In this document: positions 1 to 9,992 of the stretch, one piece after another
Layout of the letters: the number at the start of each line of letters is the position of its first letter
Numbering within the stretch: position 1 is the first letter of the stretch
Assembly: GCA_963702435.1 (NCBI GenBank)
Contig: CAVPCR010000003.1
Coordinates: 96,001-160,000, forward strand
Direction: 5' to 3'
DNA length: 64,000 nt
Source: Candidatus Eiseniibacteriota bacterium
Lineage (GTDB): Bacteria > Eisenbacteria > RBG-16-71-46 > CAVPCR01
Program-made: the position numbers and the translations under genes
Notes under the pieces: model-generated
The model's input: the letters and a program-made list of their open reading frames with translations, nothing else
What the model was told of the DNA's origin: nothing
Databases searched by the model: none

Positions 1-353
1 TCGATGCCGACCACCCGACCGGCCAGGTGGGACAGGACCGCGCTCGCATACCCCGAACCGAGCCCCACCTCGAGCACTGTTTCCTGGCCGCGGAGAGCGA
101 GCGACTCGACCATGAGGGCGACGATGTAGGGCTGCGAGATCGTCTGACCGTGGCCGATCGGGAGGGCGTGGTCGGCGTAGGCCTCCGCGCGGAGCCCGGG
201 CGGGACGAAGAGCTCGCGCGGGACGGCCGCCATGGCCGCGAGGACCCGCTCGTCCCGGATGCCGCGGGCCCGGAGGTCGCGCTCGAGCATCCGCCGGCGA
301 TCGCTCGCGAGATCCGGGGGCGACCGCCGCAAAAGGAAGTCGCGGAAGATCAT
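1..353 (-). CDS. pcm: Protein-L-isoaspartate O-methyltransferase, N-terminal part (runs off the window start)
   Basis: My translation of the minus strand gives ...VPRELFVP...[28 protein letters not shown]...[16 protein letters not shown], the PIMT signature. It follows surE as usual. Not in the ORF track because it is truncated. Confidence 0.93.
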   Translation of the reverse strand, partial: MIFRDFLLRRSPPDLASDRRRMLERDLRARGIRDERVLAAMAAVPRELFVPPGLRAEAYADHALPIGHGQTISQPYIVALMVESLALRGQETVLEVGLGSGYASAVLSHLAGRVVGI

Positions 354-458
354 GGTCGCTTCATCGCGGGGCCCGCGCGCCGGCATCGGCGTTCCGGACA
401 CCGCGCCCGCTCGCGTTGCGGATGGCGCTCCGGCCCATGCGCCGTCTGGCGCGCCGGA

Positions 459-1355
459 TCATGCGCCAAGCGCGGACAGGTTCCAGGTCTCGAGCCGTTC
501 GATCCCGTCATAATCGGTCCGATCCAGGCGGAGCGGGGTGATGGACACGTACCCGGTCTCGATCGCCGCGAAGTCGGTCGCCTCGTGTCCCTCGCCGCGC
601 TCCCAGATCGGGGTCTCGCCGCCGATCCAGTAGTAAGGCCGCCCGTGGGGATCCACCTTGGCGATCACCACGTCCCGATACACGCGCTTCCCGAGGCGGG
701 TCACGGCGAAGCCGCGGATCTCCTCGCGGCGGCGCGCCGGGACATTCATGTTGAGGAGGAGCCCGTCCTCCCCCGCCCCGGCCGTTCCGTTCGGCGCTCC
801 GTTCCGCCCCCCGGGCGTCACCTGGCCAAGCTCGATGAGGCGCCGGACGAGGCGCGCGGTGAGCTCGCCGGCGTGGACGAGATCGCGCGCCGGCTCGCGT
901 CCGAGCGACACCGCGAGCGCCGGGATGCCGAGCCGATGCCCCTCGACGGCGGCGGCCACCGTGCCCGAGTAGTTGACGTCGTCGCCCAGGTTGGGGCCTG
1001 AGTTGATGCCCGACACGAGGAGATCGGGCCGCCGCTCGAGGACCGCGTTCACGGCGAGGAGCACGCAGTCGGTGGGCGTGCCGTCCACGCTCCATACGTC
1101 GGGGGCGAGCTGCGTGAGGCGCAGCGGATCGTGGAGCGTCAGCGCGTGGCTCTTCGCCGACTGCTCGCGGTCCGGAGCCACGCACACGACACGCCCGGCC
1201 GGCGCGAGCGCGCGCCGGAGGCAGTCGAGCCCCGGCGCGCTCACCCCGTCGTCGTTGGTGACGAGGATGAGGAGCGGCTCGGACCCCGCTGCGGCCGGCG
1301 GCGGTGCAGGCGATGCGGGTGATGCGGGCGATGCGGGCGGCGGATCAGGGCTCAC
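459..1355 (-). CDS. surE: 5'/3'-nucleotidase SurE
   Basis: Motifs LVTNDDG, VAPDREQSAKSH, DGTPTDCV, SGINSGPNLG..YSGTVAAA. GTG start with GGGGAGGTG Shine-Dalgarno (SD). Confidence 0.96.
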   Translation of the reverse strand: MSPDPPPASPASPASPAPPPAAAGSEPLLILVTNDDGVSAPGLDCLRRALAPAGRVVCVAPDREQSAKSHALTLHDPLRLTQLAPDVWSVDGTPTDCVLLAVNAVLERRPDLLVSGINSGPNLGDDVNYSGTVAAAVEGHRLGIPALAVSLGREPARDLVHAGELTARLVRRLIELGQVTPGGRNGAPNGTAGAGEDGLLLNMNVPARRREEIRGFAVTRLGKRVYRDVVIAKVDPHGRPYYWIGGETPIWERGEGHEATDFAAIETGYVSITPLRLDRTDYDGIERLETWNLSALGA

Positions 1356-2091
1356 GACTCGACACCTCCCCCTTCGTGCGGCGCGCCCGCGCGAGTCCGA
1401 ACGCGACCGGGGCGAGCCGCGCCACGAGTCCGACGAAGCGGACCGTGTCGCGCAGCGGATGGATGTTACTCCTTTCCTCGCCGTAGATCGTCGCGATCGG
1501 CACGCTCGCGATCCGGAAGCCGGCCCGCGCCGCCTTGACGAGGATCTCGGACTCCGCTTCGAAGCGGTCGTAGCGGAGATCGAGGGCGGCGAGGACCGGC
1601 GCCGCGATCAGCCGATACCCGGACTGCGAGTCGGCGATCTCCTGCCCGGCGAGGAGCGAGACGACGCGGGAAGTGGCGCGGTTCGCGAAGCGGCGCAGCC
1701 ACGGCATGGCGCGAGTGTCGGCCATCCGGCTCCCGACGAGGAGGTCGCCGTCCCCGCGCGCGGCCGCGGCGAGGAAACCGCCCATCTCGGCGGGATCGTG
1801 CTGGCCGTCGGCGTCGAGCGTGAAGATCCACTCGGCGCCGGCGGCGAGCGCGGCGGCGAAACCCGTGCGCAGGGCCGCTCCCTTGCCGCGGTTCGCCGGG
1901 TGGACGAGGATCCGCACGCCGGCGTCCCGGGCGCCCGCGATCGAGCCGTCGGTCGCGCCGTCGTCGATCACGTAGATCGCGTCGGCGCCGAGCTCGCGGG
2001 CGGCCCCCGCCGCGACCCGTGCGAGGATTGGGCCGGGGTTGTAGGCGGGGATGACGGCGGCGACGCGGCCGGCGCGATCGCGGGCGGTCAT
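1345..2091 (-). CDS. Glycosyltransferase family 2 (DPM-synthase-like)
   Basis: VIPAYN, IDDGATDG, NRGKGAAL, TLDADGQH, DSQSGYR motifs. ATG at 2091 overlaps the upstream stop. Confidence 0.9.
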   Translation of the reverse strand: MTARDRAGRVAAVIPAYNPGPILARVAAGAARELGADAIYVIDDGATDGSIAGARDAGVRILVHPANRGKGAALRTGFAAALAAGAEWIFTLDADGQHDPAEMGGFLAAAARGDGDLLVGSRMADTRAMPWLRRFANRATSRVVSLLAGQEIADSQSGYRLIAAPVLAALDLRYDRFEAESEILVKAARAGFRIASVPIATIYGEERSNIHPLRDTVRFVGLVARLAPVAFGLARARRTKGEVSSREP

Positions 2092-2972
2092 GAGCGCGCT
2101 CCGCCGGCGACCGGCCAGATCGGGGCGAACACGAGCCACTGATCGGGATGCGCCGCGATCACGGCCTCGAACTCGCCGAGACAGCGGCCGACGAGCGCCT
2201 CGATGCGGCGCTCGGGGGCGAGCGCCTCGAGATCCGCGACCGGGACGGGCGGCCGGATGAGGAGGCGGTGCCGGCCGCCCTGCCCGCGGAGGCAGAAGCC
2301 CGGGACCAGCGCGGCGCCGGTGCGGAGCGCGAGGCTCGCGTGGGCGCGCGGCACCATGGTCGTCGCGTCGAAGAACTGCATCGGGATCCCCTGGTGGGCG
2401 TAGTCGCGATCCACGATGAGGCCGATCACCCCGCCCGCATGCAGGGTCTCGACCATGACGAAGGTGGACCCGGCGAACGGCAGCACCTCGATTCCCTTGG
2501 CCCGCCGGCGCTCGTCGAAGAAGCGCGTGACGCGCCCGGCCCCGTGCGGCAGCGCGACGGCCTTGACGCGGATCCCGGAGAGCGTGAAGAAGGCGCCCCC
2601 CCATTCCCAGTTCCCGATGTGCCCGGAGAGGAGGATGACGCCGCGCCCGCGGGCGAGCGCGTCCATCAGGTGCTCGAGCCCCTCGACGTCGATCGCCGCC
2701 GCCAGCCGTGCGCGATCCATGGCGGGGAGGCGCAGAAAATCGACGATGTTGTACGCGAAGTGATGGAACACGCGGCGCGCGATGCGCGCCGAGGGCTCGG
2801 GCCAGGCGGCGTTCCCGCGCACGTGCGCGAGATTGGCGATGACCGAGCGGCGCGAGCGCGCGTTGACGAGGTAGTTGAGATCGGCGACCGCGGCCGCGAG
2901 GCGATAGACGAGGGCGGGCGGCAGGAAGCGCGTGCAGAAGCTGCCGAGCTGGTAGAGGAAGTAGGCGATCAC
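2088..2972 (-). CDS. Lipid A lauroyl/lysophospholipid acyltransferase family (LpxL/HtrB-like)
   Basis: GVILLSGHIGNWE motif, LIVDRD and C-terminal HPDQW. Confidence 0.85.
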   Translation of the reverse strand: MIAYFLYQLGSFCTRFLPPALVYRLAAAVADLNYLVNARSRRSVIANLAHVRGNAAWPEPSARIARRVFHHFAYNIVDFLRLPAMDRARLAAAIDVEGLEHLMDALARGRGVILLSGHIGNWEWGGAFFTLSGIRVKAVALPHGAGRVTRFFDERRRAKGIEVLPFAGSTFVMVETLHAGGVIGLIVDRDYAHQGIPMQFFDATTMVPRAHASLALRTGAALVPGFCLRGQGGRHRLLIRPPVPVADLEALAPERRIEALVGRCLGEFEAVIAAHPDQWLVFAPIWPVAGGARS

Positions 2973-3029
2973 GCCCGGGGGTTCCGCATGGACGACGGAG
3001 GCGAGACGCTCCCCGGTCGGGAGTGGAAA

Positions 3030-3106
<77 letters not shown>

Positions 3107-3245
3107 ACCACGTCGACTCTGTGCAAGGAAGAAGGCTAGCAAGACCGGCCCTGGCGGGCAAGCCCTCGCGGGGGCCGGTCGGCACCGCCGGGGGGGATGC
3201 CGGCGCCGCCCCGGGGGACAGGCCGCGGCGGCTCCGGAGGTCCGT

Positions 3246-3995
3246 TCAATCGCTGTTCTCGCCGCCGAGGCCGCCAGGGATGCCGGCGGGGTCGCCGGCG
3301 TGGGCCTCGACCTCGCCGCCGCCCGGGGGGACGGCGACCCTGTCCTCCGGGCGCTCGGCAGGCTCCGCCGCGCCGTCCGGAACGTCCGCCGTGTCCTCGT
3401 CGTCTGGAACGTCCGCCGTGTCGTCGTCGTCCGGAACGTCCGCCGCACCGTCCGCGAGGACCATCTCCTCCTCGGCGTCGCCGGCGGAGTCCTCCTCGCC
3501 GCTCCCCTCGTCCGACCCGGCCTCCGCGGCGAGGTCGAGGTCGGTGAAGATTCCGCGCCGCGCCCGTTCGTTGTCGGGCGCGTCCTCGCGCCGCCCGAGC
3601 GCCTCGAGCGGGATCTCGCCGCGGAGCACCTGCAGGAGCTCGCCGAGGTCCTGCTTCAGCATCTTCAGGAGGTCGTCGCGGGAGATGCCGACGAAATCGA
3701 TCTCGGTCTGGGTGCCGCCGCTCCGGCGCTCATCGAGGAGCTTCCGCCGCGCTCCGGCGATCGTGAACCCCTCGTCGTAGAGGAGCTTCTTGATGCGGAG
3801 CGCCATCTTCACGTCCTTGACCCGGTAGCTCCGGTTGCCGGCCCGGTTCTTCTTCGGGCGCAGCATCTTGAACTGGGTCTCCCAGTAGCGGAGGACGTGG
3901 GCCTTGACGTTCAGGAGCTCCGCCACCTCGCTGATCGAGTAGTAGAGCTTGCCGCCGCCGGCGGTCTGGGACTCCCTCTCGGTACGTGTTGCCAC
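3246..3995 (-). CDS. MerR-family HTH regulator with a long acidic C-terminal tail
   Basis: KLYYSISEVAELLNVKAHVLRYWETQF..LRPKKNRAGNRSY..LLYDEGFTIAGA. GTG start after GGAG. Sits upstream of tRNA-Pro, as this subfamily commonly does. Confidence 0.9.
   Translation of the reverse strand: MATRTERESQTAGGGKLYYSISEVAELLNVKAHVLRYWETQFKMLRPKKNRAGNRSYRVKDVKMALRIKKLLYDEGFTIAGARRKLLDERRSGGTQTEIDFVGISRDDLLKMLKQDLGELLQVLRGEIPLEALGRREDAPDNERARRGIFTDLDLAAEAGSDEGSGEEDSAGDAEEEMVLADGAADVPDDDDTADVPDDEDTADVPDGAAEPAERPEDRVAVPPGGGEVEAHAGDPAGIPGGLGGENSD
3374..3445. repeat. In-frame 27-bp tandem repeat (~2.6 copies) encoding ADVPDDDDT/ADVPDDEDT
   Basis: cgtc(c/t)ggaacgtccgccgtgtc(c/g)tcgt recurs with a 27-nt period. 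Confidence 0.8.
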
Positions 3996-4051
3996 GCGAG
4001 TCTCCGTGCGGGCGGTCGGCCGACCGCCGCGTGGGGTGTTGGACGCGCCCC

Positions 4052-5419
4052 TCATGGTGACTGGGTTCCGGTTGATCGGGTGCCCGCCGCCGGCGCGCGC
4101 CGCTTCCGGCGGGGGCGGGCGAAGGTGAGCGCGATCGCGGCCGGGCCGACGCCGAGCGCCGCGCGCAGTTGATGCTCGAGGTAACGCCGGTAGTGCGGCG
4201 GCAGCGCTTCGGGCTGCGTCGCCTCGATCACGAAGCGGATCGGGTTCACACCGCGCTGGACGGCGCCCCGGATCTCCTGGCGGCCGTGGGGCGGCGCCGG
4301 CGGCGGCGTCCGCTCGACCGCCGCCTTGACGGCGACCCCGAGCTCGATCTGGCTCCACTGCCGGTGCGACTCGTGATGGACCGCGGTCAGGAGCTCCGGC
4401 AGGCGTCCGAGCCGCTGTCCCGAGAGCGCCGACACGAACACCGCCGGCGCGTAGTCGAGCTCGACCGCGTGCTCGCGGAACGAATCCTCCATCCGCTTCG
4501 AGGTCATCGTCTCCTTGGCCACGAGGTCCCACTTGTTGAAGACCAGCACCGCGGGCTTGTGAGCCGCGCTGATGAGCGATGCGATCTTGTAGTCCTGATG
4601 GCTGAACGGCTGCGAGGCATCGAGCATCAGGATGGCGACCTCCGCCCGATCGAGGGCCTGCACCGCGCGCACCATGGCGTAGAACTCGGTGCGCGTGTCG
4701 ATGCGGGCGCGCCGGCGGAGCCCCGCCGTGTCCACGAGCACGAAGCGGTCGCCGCCGATCGTGCAGGCCGAGTCCACGGCGTCACGCGTCGTTCCCGGGC
4801 GGTCGTCCACGATCATCCGCTCCTCGCCGAGCAGCTGATTGACGAGCGAGGACTTCCCCACGTTCGGGCGCCCGACGATGGCGACCCGGATCCCCCCGCC
4901 GCCCTCGGAGATGGAGGTCGGCGGCGGCAACCGTTCGACGAGCGCGTCGAGGAGATCGCCGAGCTCGCGCCCATGCAAGGCCGACACGGCGAAGGCCGGA
5001 TCGAAACCGAGCCGGCTGAACTCGTAGGCGGCGAGCTCCTTGGCCGCGGAATCGGTCTTGTTGGCGACGAGGAGCACCGGCCGCGCGCTGGCCCGCACGA
5101 CGCTTGCGATCTGCTCGTCGAGCGCGGTCATGCCGGTCTCGACATCGACCACCAGGAGCACGCAATCGGCGAGGGTGAGGGCGGCCTCCACCTGGCGGCG
5201 GACGTGAGCGTCCATGCCGGTCGTCGCGTCCGGCAGGAGGCCGCCCGTGTCGACGAGGAGGAAGCGCGTGCCTCCCCACTCCGCCTCCCCCACCACGCGA
5301 TCCCGCGTCACCCCGGGCATGTCGTCGACGACCGCCTGCCGTCGCTGGAGGATGCGGTTGAAGAGGGTCGACTTGCCCACGTTCGGGCGCCCGACGATGG
5401 CGACGACGGGGCGGGCCAT
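4052..5419 (-). CDS. der: Ribosome biogenesis GTPase Der (EngA)
   Basis: Two tandem G-domains (GRPNVGKST, DTGG, NKTD; GRPNVGKSS, DTAG, NKWD). Start MARPVVAIVG at 5419. Confidence 0.96.
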   Translation of the reverse strand: MARPVVAIVGRPNVGKSTLFNRILQRRQAVVDDMPGVTRDRVVGEAEWGGTRFLLVDTGGLLPDATTGMDAHVRRQVEAALTLADCVLLVVDVETGMTALDEQIASVVRASARPVLLVANKTDSAAKELAAYEFSRLGFDPAFAVSALHGRELGDLLDALVERLPPPTSISEGGGGIRVAIVGRPNVGKSSLVNQLLGEERMIVDDRPGTTRDAVDSACTIGGDRFVLVDTAGLRRRARIDTRTEFYAMVRAVQALDRAEVAILMLDASQPFSHQDYKIASLISAAHKPAVLVFNKWDLVAKETMTSKRMEDSFREHAVELDYAPAVFVSALSGQRLGRLPELLTAVHHESHRQWSQIELGVAVKAAVERTPPPAPPHGRQEIRGAVQRGVNPIRFVIEATQPEALPPHYRRYLEHQLRAALGVGPAAIALTFARPRRKRRAPAAGTRSTGTQSP

Positions 5420-6735
5420 CAGGCCTTCTCCCACACCGGGTTCGTGTGGAAGGGCTCGTCGCCGAGACCGAAGTGCACGGGCACGCCGAGCGCGGCGGCG
5501 AGCTCGTCGAGCGCCACGTCGTCGAGGAAGAGCGAGCGCCCGTTCACGCACGAGGGCGGCAGGCAGACGAGATCGCCGGGGCCGCGGGCGAGCACCGCCC
5601 GGCGGATGTCGTTCCCGCCGAGAAGTCCCGCCACCGTGATGCCGGGACCGAGGAACTCGTTCTCGACGACCACCAGGTCCACCGCGCGCGCGTGCCGCGC
5701 GAGGAGCCCCTGGACGAGCTCGGCCGCGATGAGCGGTGCGGCCATGACGCCGGTCACCACGGTGGCCCGGCGCCCGCGCACCCAGTCGACGATCGGAAGC
5801 TCGTCGCCCGCCTCGGCGAGACGCTCGATGAGACGGCGCGCGAGCCCGACGCCGTCCTCGAGCTGCGGAAAGTCCTGGTAGTACCCGGCGGCGGGGATCG
5901 GCGTCCCGGTCAGGAAGAACCACTCGTCGGCGAGGTAGATGAAGGGATGCCCGAGCTTCGTGCGGAACGTGCGGCCGAGCGACTCGACCTGGGCGATGAC
6001 CGTGCGCGCGAAGTCGGGGGTGACCGGTGTGAGCTCCGGGAGCCCGGCCCGGTGCCGCGTGAGCCCGAGCGGCACGACGGCGATCGACTCGACGCCGGGG
6101 TGGAGGGCGGCGAGGCCGGCCGCGGTGTCGGCGAGCACGGGGCCGTCGTTCAGCCCGGGACAGAGGACGACCTGCGCGTGGACCCGGATCCCGCCCGCCG
6201 TGAGCCGGCGGAGCCTCGGCAGGACGTCGGCGACGGACAGGTCGTCGATCCCGAGGAGACGGGCCCGCACCCCGGGATCGGTGGCGTGCACGGAGACGTA
6301 GAGCGGGCTCAGGCCCTGCTCGATGATGCGGTCGAACTCGGCCGGGCGCAGGTTGGTGAGCGTGACGTAGTTCCCGTGCAGGAAGGAGAAGCGGTAGTCC
6401 TCGTCCCGGACGTAGAGCCCGCGGCGGCGGCCCTCGGGCATCTGGTCGATGAAGCAGAAGACGCACTTGTTCCCGCAGACCCGCGCCTTCATCTCCTCGG
6501 TCTCGATGCCGAGGCTCTCCCCAGGGGCGCGCTCGATCGCGATCCGCCGCGGTCGCGCCCCGGCATCGCGGCTGATCACGAACTCGAGCTCGTCGTCGGC
6601 GGCGTGGAAGCGGAGATCGATGACGTCGCGGAGCGTCTCCCCGTTCAGGGAAACGATGCGATCCCCGGAGCGCAGTCCCGCGCGCTCCGCAACACTGCCG
6701 GGCTCGACGGCGAGGATAGGGAGGGGACGGGGCAT
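5419..6735 (-). CDS. PDZ + radical-SAM-like DUF512 protein
   Basis: N-terminal PDZ (GSVAERAGLRSGD), CGNKCVFCFIDQMP (CxxxCxxC), RDEDYRFSFLHGNYVTLTN, QLEDGVG. Directly upstream of der. Confidence 0.9.
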   Translation of the reverse strand: MPRPLPILAVEPGSVAERAGLRSGDRIVSLNGETLRDVIDLRFHAADDELEFVISRDAGARPRRIAIERAPGESLGIETEEMKARVCGNKCVFCFIDQMPEGRRRGLYVRDEDYRFSFLHGNYVTLTNLRPAEFDRIIEQGLSPLYVSVHATDPGVRARLLGIDDLSVADVLPRLRRLTAGGIRVHAQVVLCPGLNDGPVLADTAAGLAALHPGVESIAVVPLGLTRHRAGLPELTPVTPDFARTVIAQVESLGRTFRTKLGHPFIYLADEWFFLTGTPIPAAGYYQDFPQLEDGVGLARRLIERLAEAGDELPIVDWVRGRRATVVTGVMAAPLIAAELVQGLLARHARAVDLVVVENEFLGPGITVAGLLGGNDIRRAVLARGPGDLVCLPPSCVNGRSLFLDDVALDELAAALGVPVHFGLGDEPFHTNPVWEKA

Positions 6736-6851
6736 GGGGTCTTCGCGCTCATCGAAGCGACCGCGGTCGGCGCCTCTTCCTGAACAAGAACGCCCGCGGG
6801 TGTGGGGCGGGCGTCCGGGGTGCCCGTGACCTCCGGCCACGCGGCGAGAAC

Positions 6852-6926
<75 letters not shown>

Positions 6927-7012
6927 TCGCGTGAACCTCCGGATGACGGCTCGGCAAAGTCCCCGCGGCCGCTCCGGCCACGTGTTCGCCCATTCGTTGA
7001 ACCGGCGCCGGT

Positions 7013-7041
7013 AACTTAGGCCAGGGGCTATGGATTGTCAA
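7013..7041 (-). promoter_or_regulatory. Sigma70-type promoter upstream of tRNA-Gly
   Basis: TTGACA-17 nt-TAAGTT on the minus strand. Confidence 0.7.
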
Positions 7042-8030
7042 GCGCCGGAACCGGCGATTCCATCCCCCACGAGAAGAGCCAGGAGGCGGTCCGCGGTGAC
7101 CGCGGCCGGTTCCTCGGGTGCAAGGCGGACGCGGAGCGCCCCCGCCTCTCTCCGGAACCAGGTGCGCTGGCGGCGAGCGAACTGGCGGGTCGCCAGCGTG
7201 GCGGCCGCCACCGCCGCGTCGAGGCCCATGGTCCCGGCGAGGACGGCGAACGCCTCCCGATAGCCGATCGTGCGCGCGGTCGCATGGGCGGGGCCGAGAC
7301 CGCGCGCGCGGAGCGCCTCCGCCTCGGCGAGGAGCCCGCCGGCGAACATGGCGGCGGTGCGCGCGGCGATGCGCCCGTCGAGGTCGGCCGGGTCGCGGTC
7401 GAGGAGGACAACGCGCGTGCGCGCGCGGAGCGACGGCCAGGCCGCCTCGCGGCGGAGCGCGGAGAGCGGGCGGCCGGTCGCCGCGTGCACCTCGAGGGCC
7501 CGGATGAGGCGCACCCGGTCGTTCGGATGGAGCCGCCCGGCGCTCTCCGGATCGACCAGGGCGAGGGCGGCGTGGAGCGCGGGCGTGCCTTCCCGCTCGG
7601 CGCGGGTCTCGAGCGCGGCGCGGAGTGCGAGATCGCGCGGCGGCCCGGCGAAGAGCCCATCCACGAGCGCGCGCAGGTAGAGACCGGAACCGCCGGCCAC
7701 GATCGCCCGGGTGCGCCGTCGATCCAGATCGGCGAGGACGCGCCGGCCGTCCCGCGCGAAGTCGGCGGCCGTGTAGTGGCGGAGCGGATCGGCGAAGTCA
7801 ACGAGATGATGCGGGACCCGGGCGCGCTCGGCCGCCGTCGGCTGCGCGCTGCCGATCGTCATCCCGCGGTAGACCTGGCGCGAATCGGCGGCGATGATCT
7901 CGCCGCCCGAGCGCAGCGCGAGCGCGATCGCGACCGCCGTCTTCCCCGCCGCGGTCGGTCCGGCGACGACCCACAGCGGAAGATGCGGCGTTCCCGCGTC
8001 AGGTGCGCCCGAAGCGGCGGTCGAGGTCAT
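7038..8030 (-). CDS. miaA: tRNA dimethylallyltransferase
   Basis: GPTAAGKT, ADSRQVYRGM, GGSGLY, HPNDRVRLIRALEV, TRQFARRQRTWF. Follows mutL. Confidence 0.96.
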   Translation of the reverse strand: MTSTAASGAPDAGTPHLPLWVVAGPTAAGKTAVAIALALRSGGEIIAADSRQVYRGMTIGSAQPTAAERARVPHHLVDFADPLRHYTAADFARDGRRVLADLDRRRTRAIVAGGSGLYLRALVDGLFAGPPRDLALRAALETRAEREGTPALHAALALVDPESAGRLHPNDRVRLIRALEVHAATGRPLSALRREAAWPSLRARTRVVLLDRDPADLDGRIAARTAAMFAGGLLAEAEALRARGLGPAHATARTIGYREAFAVLAGTMGLDAAVAAATLATRQFARRQRTWFRREAGALRVRLAPEEPAAVTADRLLALLVGDGIAGSGA

Positions 8031-9858
8031 CGAGCGAGAGCTTGACCACGATCGGCCGCCCGTGCGGACAGGCGAGCGGCACCTCGCAGGCGAAGAGGTC
8101 CTCGACGAGCTGGTTCATCTCGGCGAGGCCGAGGGGATCCCCCTTGCGCACGGCGGTGTGGCAGGCATAGCTCGCCGCCACCGCTTCCTCGAGCCCGGCG
8201 CCGGCGCGCCGCTCGCGGCCGAGGGTCTCGACGAGATCGAGCAGGAAGCGGCCGCGCTCCCAGCGCTTGATCTGCGGCGGCAGGGCGTGGACCGCGACCG
8301 AGCGCGGTCCGACCAGTCGCACGTCGAAGCCCAGTCGCTCGAGGCAAGGCTCCGCCTCGACCAGGAGATCGATGTCGGCGGGGGCGAGATCGAGAACCTC
8401 CGAAAAGAGGAGGGCCTGGCCGGCCACCGGGTTGGCGCGCATCTCGGCGAGCGCCTGCTCGTAGAGCACGCGCTCGTGCGCGACGTGCTGGTCGACGATC
8501 AGCATCCCGCCCTTGACCGGACAGAGGATGTAGGTGTTGTGGAGCTGCCAGAGCGGAACGAGCTCACCGGGAACGACGGTGGGCCAGGCGGCACCGATCA
8601 TGGCGCCCGCCGTCGCGGCGCGAGCGGCGGCGCCTGCATCCGGGAAGGCGGGCGCGCCGGGGGCGCCGGCGGTCGGCCCCGCGAACTCCGCGTCCCGGAC
8701 GAGGCCGCCGTGGGGGAGCGGTTCGCCGGGGCCCGGCGCGGGCGTGACATCACGGGTGAAGGAGTACTGGAGGCCGGAGTGTGGGCCGGGCGCCGGGCGG
8801 CCGCCCGGCGGGATGACGAAGGCGGCCGGCCCGAGGCGGACTCCGAGCTCGCGGATCGCGGCCTCGACGGCGCGGACGAGGGCGCCGTAGACCTCGTGCT
8901 CGCGGGAGAACTTGATCTCGCGCTTGGTCGGGTGGACGTTCACGTCCACGAAACGCGGATCGAGCGCGATCTCGAGGATGGCGAACGGATAGCGTCCGGC
9001 GGGCATGCGGTTGCGGTATGCGGTGCGCACCGCGGAGCCGAGGAGCGGGTTCTGCACCCAGCGCCCGTTGACGAAGAAGGTCTGGAAGTCGCGGTTCCCG
9101 CGGTTCAGGTCGGGACCGCCGACCAGACCGCTCACCTCGAGCATCTCGTTGGCGAAGGACACCGGCACCAGGTCGCCGGCGAGATCGGCGCCGTAGATCG
9201 CGCCGGCCCGCGCGGCGAGCCCTTCGACCGGCGGCAGATTGAGGATCTCGTCGTCGTCGAAGCTCAGGAGGAAGTGAATGCCCGGGAGGACGAGCGAGTA
9301 GCTCTGGACGACGCGCGTGACGGCGCGCATTTCGCCGCGATCCGAGCGCAGGAACTTGCGCCGGGCCGGGGTATTGAAGAAGAGGTCGGCGACGGTGACG
9401 GTCGTCCCCGGCGCGCGCCCGGTGGGCCCGGCGGTCAGGATGGCGCCGCCCGCGACCTCGATCTGGGTGCCGCCGAGGCTCGCCGGCGATCGCGTCGACA
9501 GGGTGAAGCGGGAGACCTGGGCGATGGTCGGCAGCGCCTCGCCGCGGAAGCCGAGCGTGCGGATCCGCTCGAGATCATCGGCCGTCGCGAGCTTCGACGT
9601 CGCGTGGCGGCGGAGGGCCAGGTAGGCCTCCTCCTCGCTCATCCCGGCGCCGTCGTCGAGGACGCGGAGGAAGCGATCCGGCGCGCCGCGCGCTGCGACC
9701 GAGATCTTTCGCGCGCCGGCGTCGATCGAGTTCTCGATCAGCTCCTTGGCCACCGAGGCGGGGCGCTCGATCACCTCGCCGGCGGCGATCAGCGCCACGA
9801 CTTCCGGTGGCAGGATGCGGATGCGCGGCGGTTCCGTCGTGGTCTGGGTTTCAGTCAT
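7999..9858 (-). CDS. mutL: DNA mismatch repair protein MutL (endonuclease-motif type)
   Basis: IAAGEVIERPASVAKELIENSIDAG, GFRGEAL, VDVNVHPTKREI, DQHVAHERVLYE, ACH...CPHGRP. Exact start uncertain. Confidence 0.96.
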   Translation of the reverse strand: MTETQTTTEPPRIRILPPEVVALIAAGEVIERPASVAKELIENSIDAGARKISVAARGAPDRFLRVLDDGAGMSEEEAYLALRRHATSKLATADDLERIRTLGFRGEALPTIAQVSRFTLSTRSPASLGGTQIEVAGGAILTAGPTGRAPGTTVTVADLFFNTPARRKFLRSDRGEMRAVTRVVQSYSLVLPGIHFLLSFDDDEILNLPPVEGLAARAGAIYGADLAGDLVPVSFANEMLEVSGLVGGPDLNRGNRDFQTFFVNGRWVQNPLLGSAVRTAYRNRMPAGRYPFAILEIALDPRFVDVNVHPTKREIKFSREHEVYGALVRAVEAAIRELGVRLGPAAFVIPPGGRPAPGPHSGLQYSFTRDVTPAPGPGEPLPHGGLVRDAEFAGPTAGAPGAPAFPDAGAAARAATAGAMIGAAWPTVVPGELVPLWQLHNTYILCPVKGGMLIVDQHVAHERVLYEQALAEMRANPVAGQALLFSEVLDLAPADIDLLVEAEPCLERLGFDVRLVGPRSVAVHALPPQIKRWERGRFLLDLVETLGRERRAGAGLEEAVAASYACHTAVRKGDPLGLAEMNQLVEDLFACEVPLACPHGRPIVVKLSLDDLDRRFGRT

Positions 9859-9907
9859 GATCGATCGGGTGATGGCGCCATGCCAATTCAGGACCGAATG
9901 TCGGCGG

Positions 9908-9984
9908 AGCATGCGCCGCACGCATGTGGAGTGTCAATCGAAACCTCGCCTGCATTGACCTGCGCCCCGAGCCGATGCTAGCGT
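9908..9984. promoter_or_regulatory. Divergent promoter pair (mutL / methyltransferase)
   Basis: Minus strand: TTGACA(9937-9932)-18-CATGCT. Plus strand: TTGACC(9955)-18-TAGCGT(9979-9984). Confidence 0.55.
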
Positions 9985-9992
9985 CGGCCGTC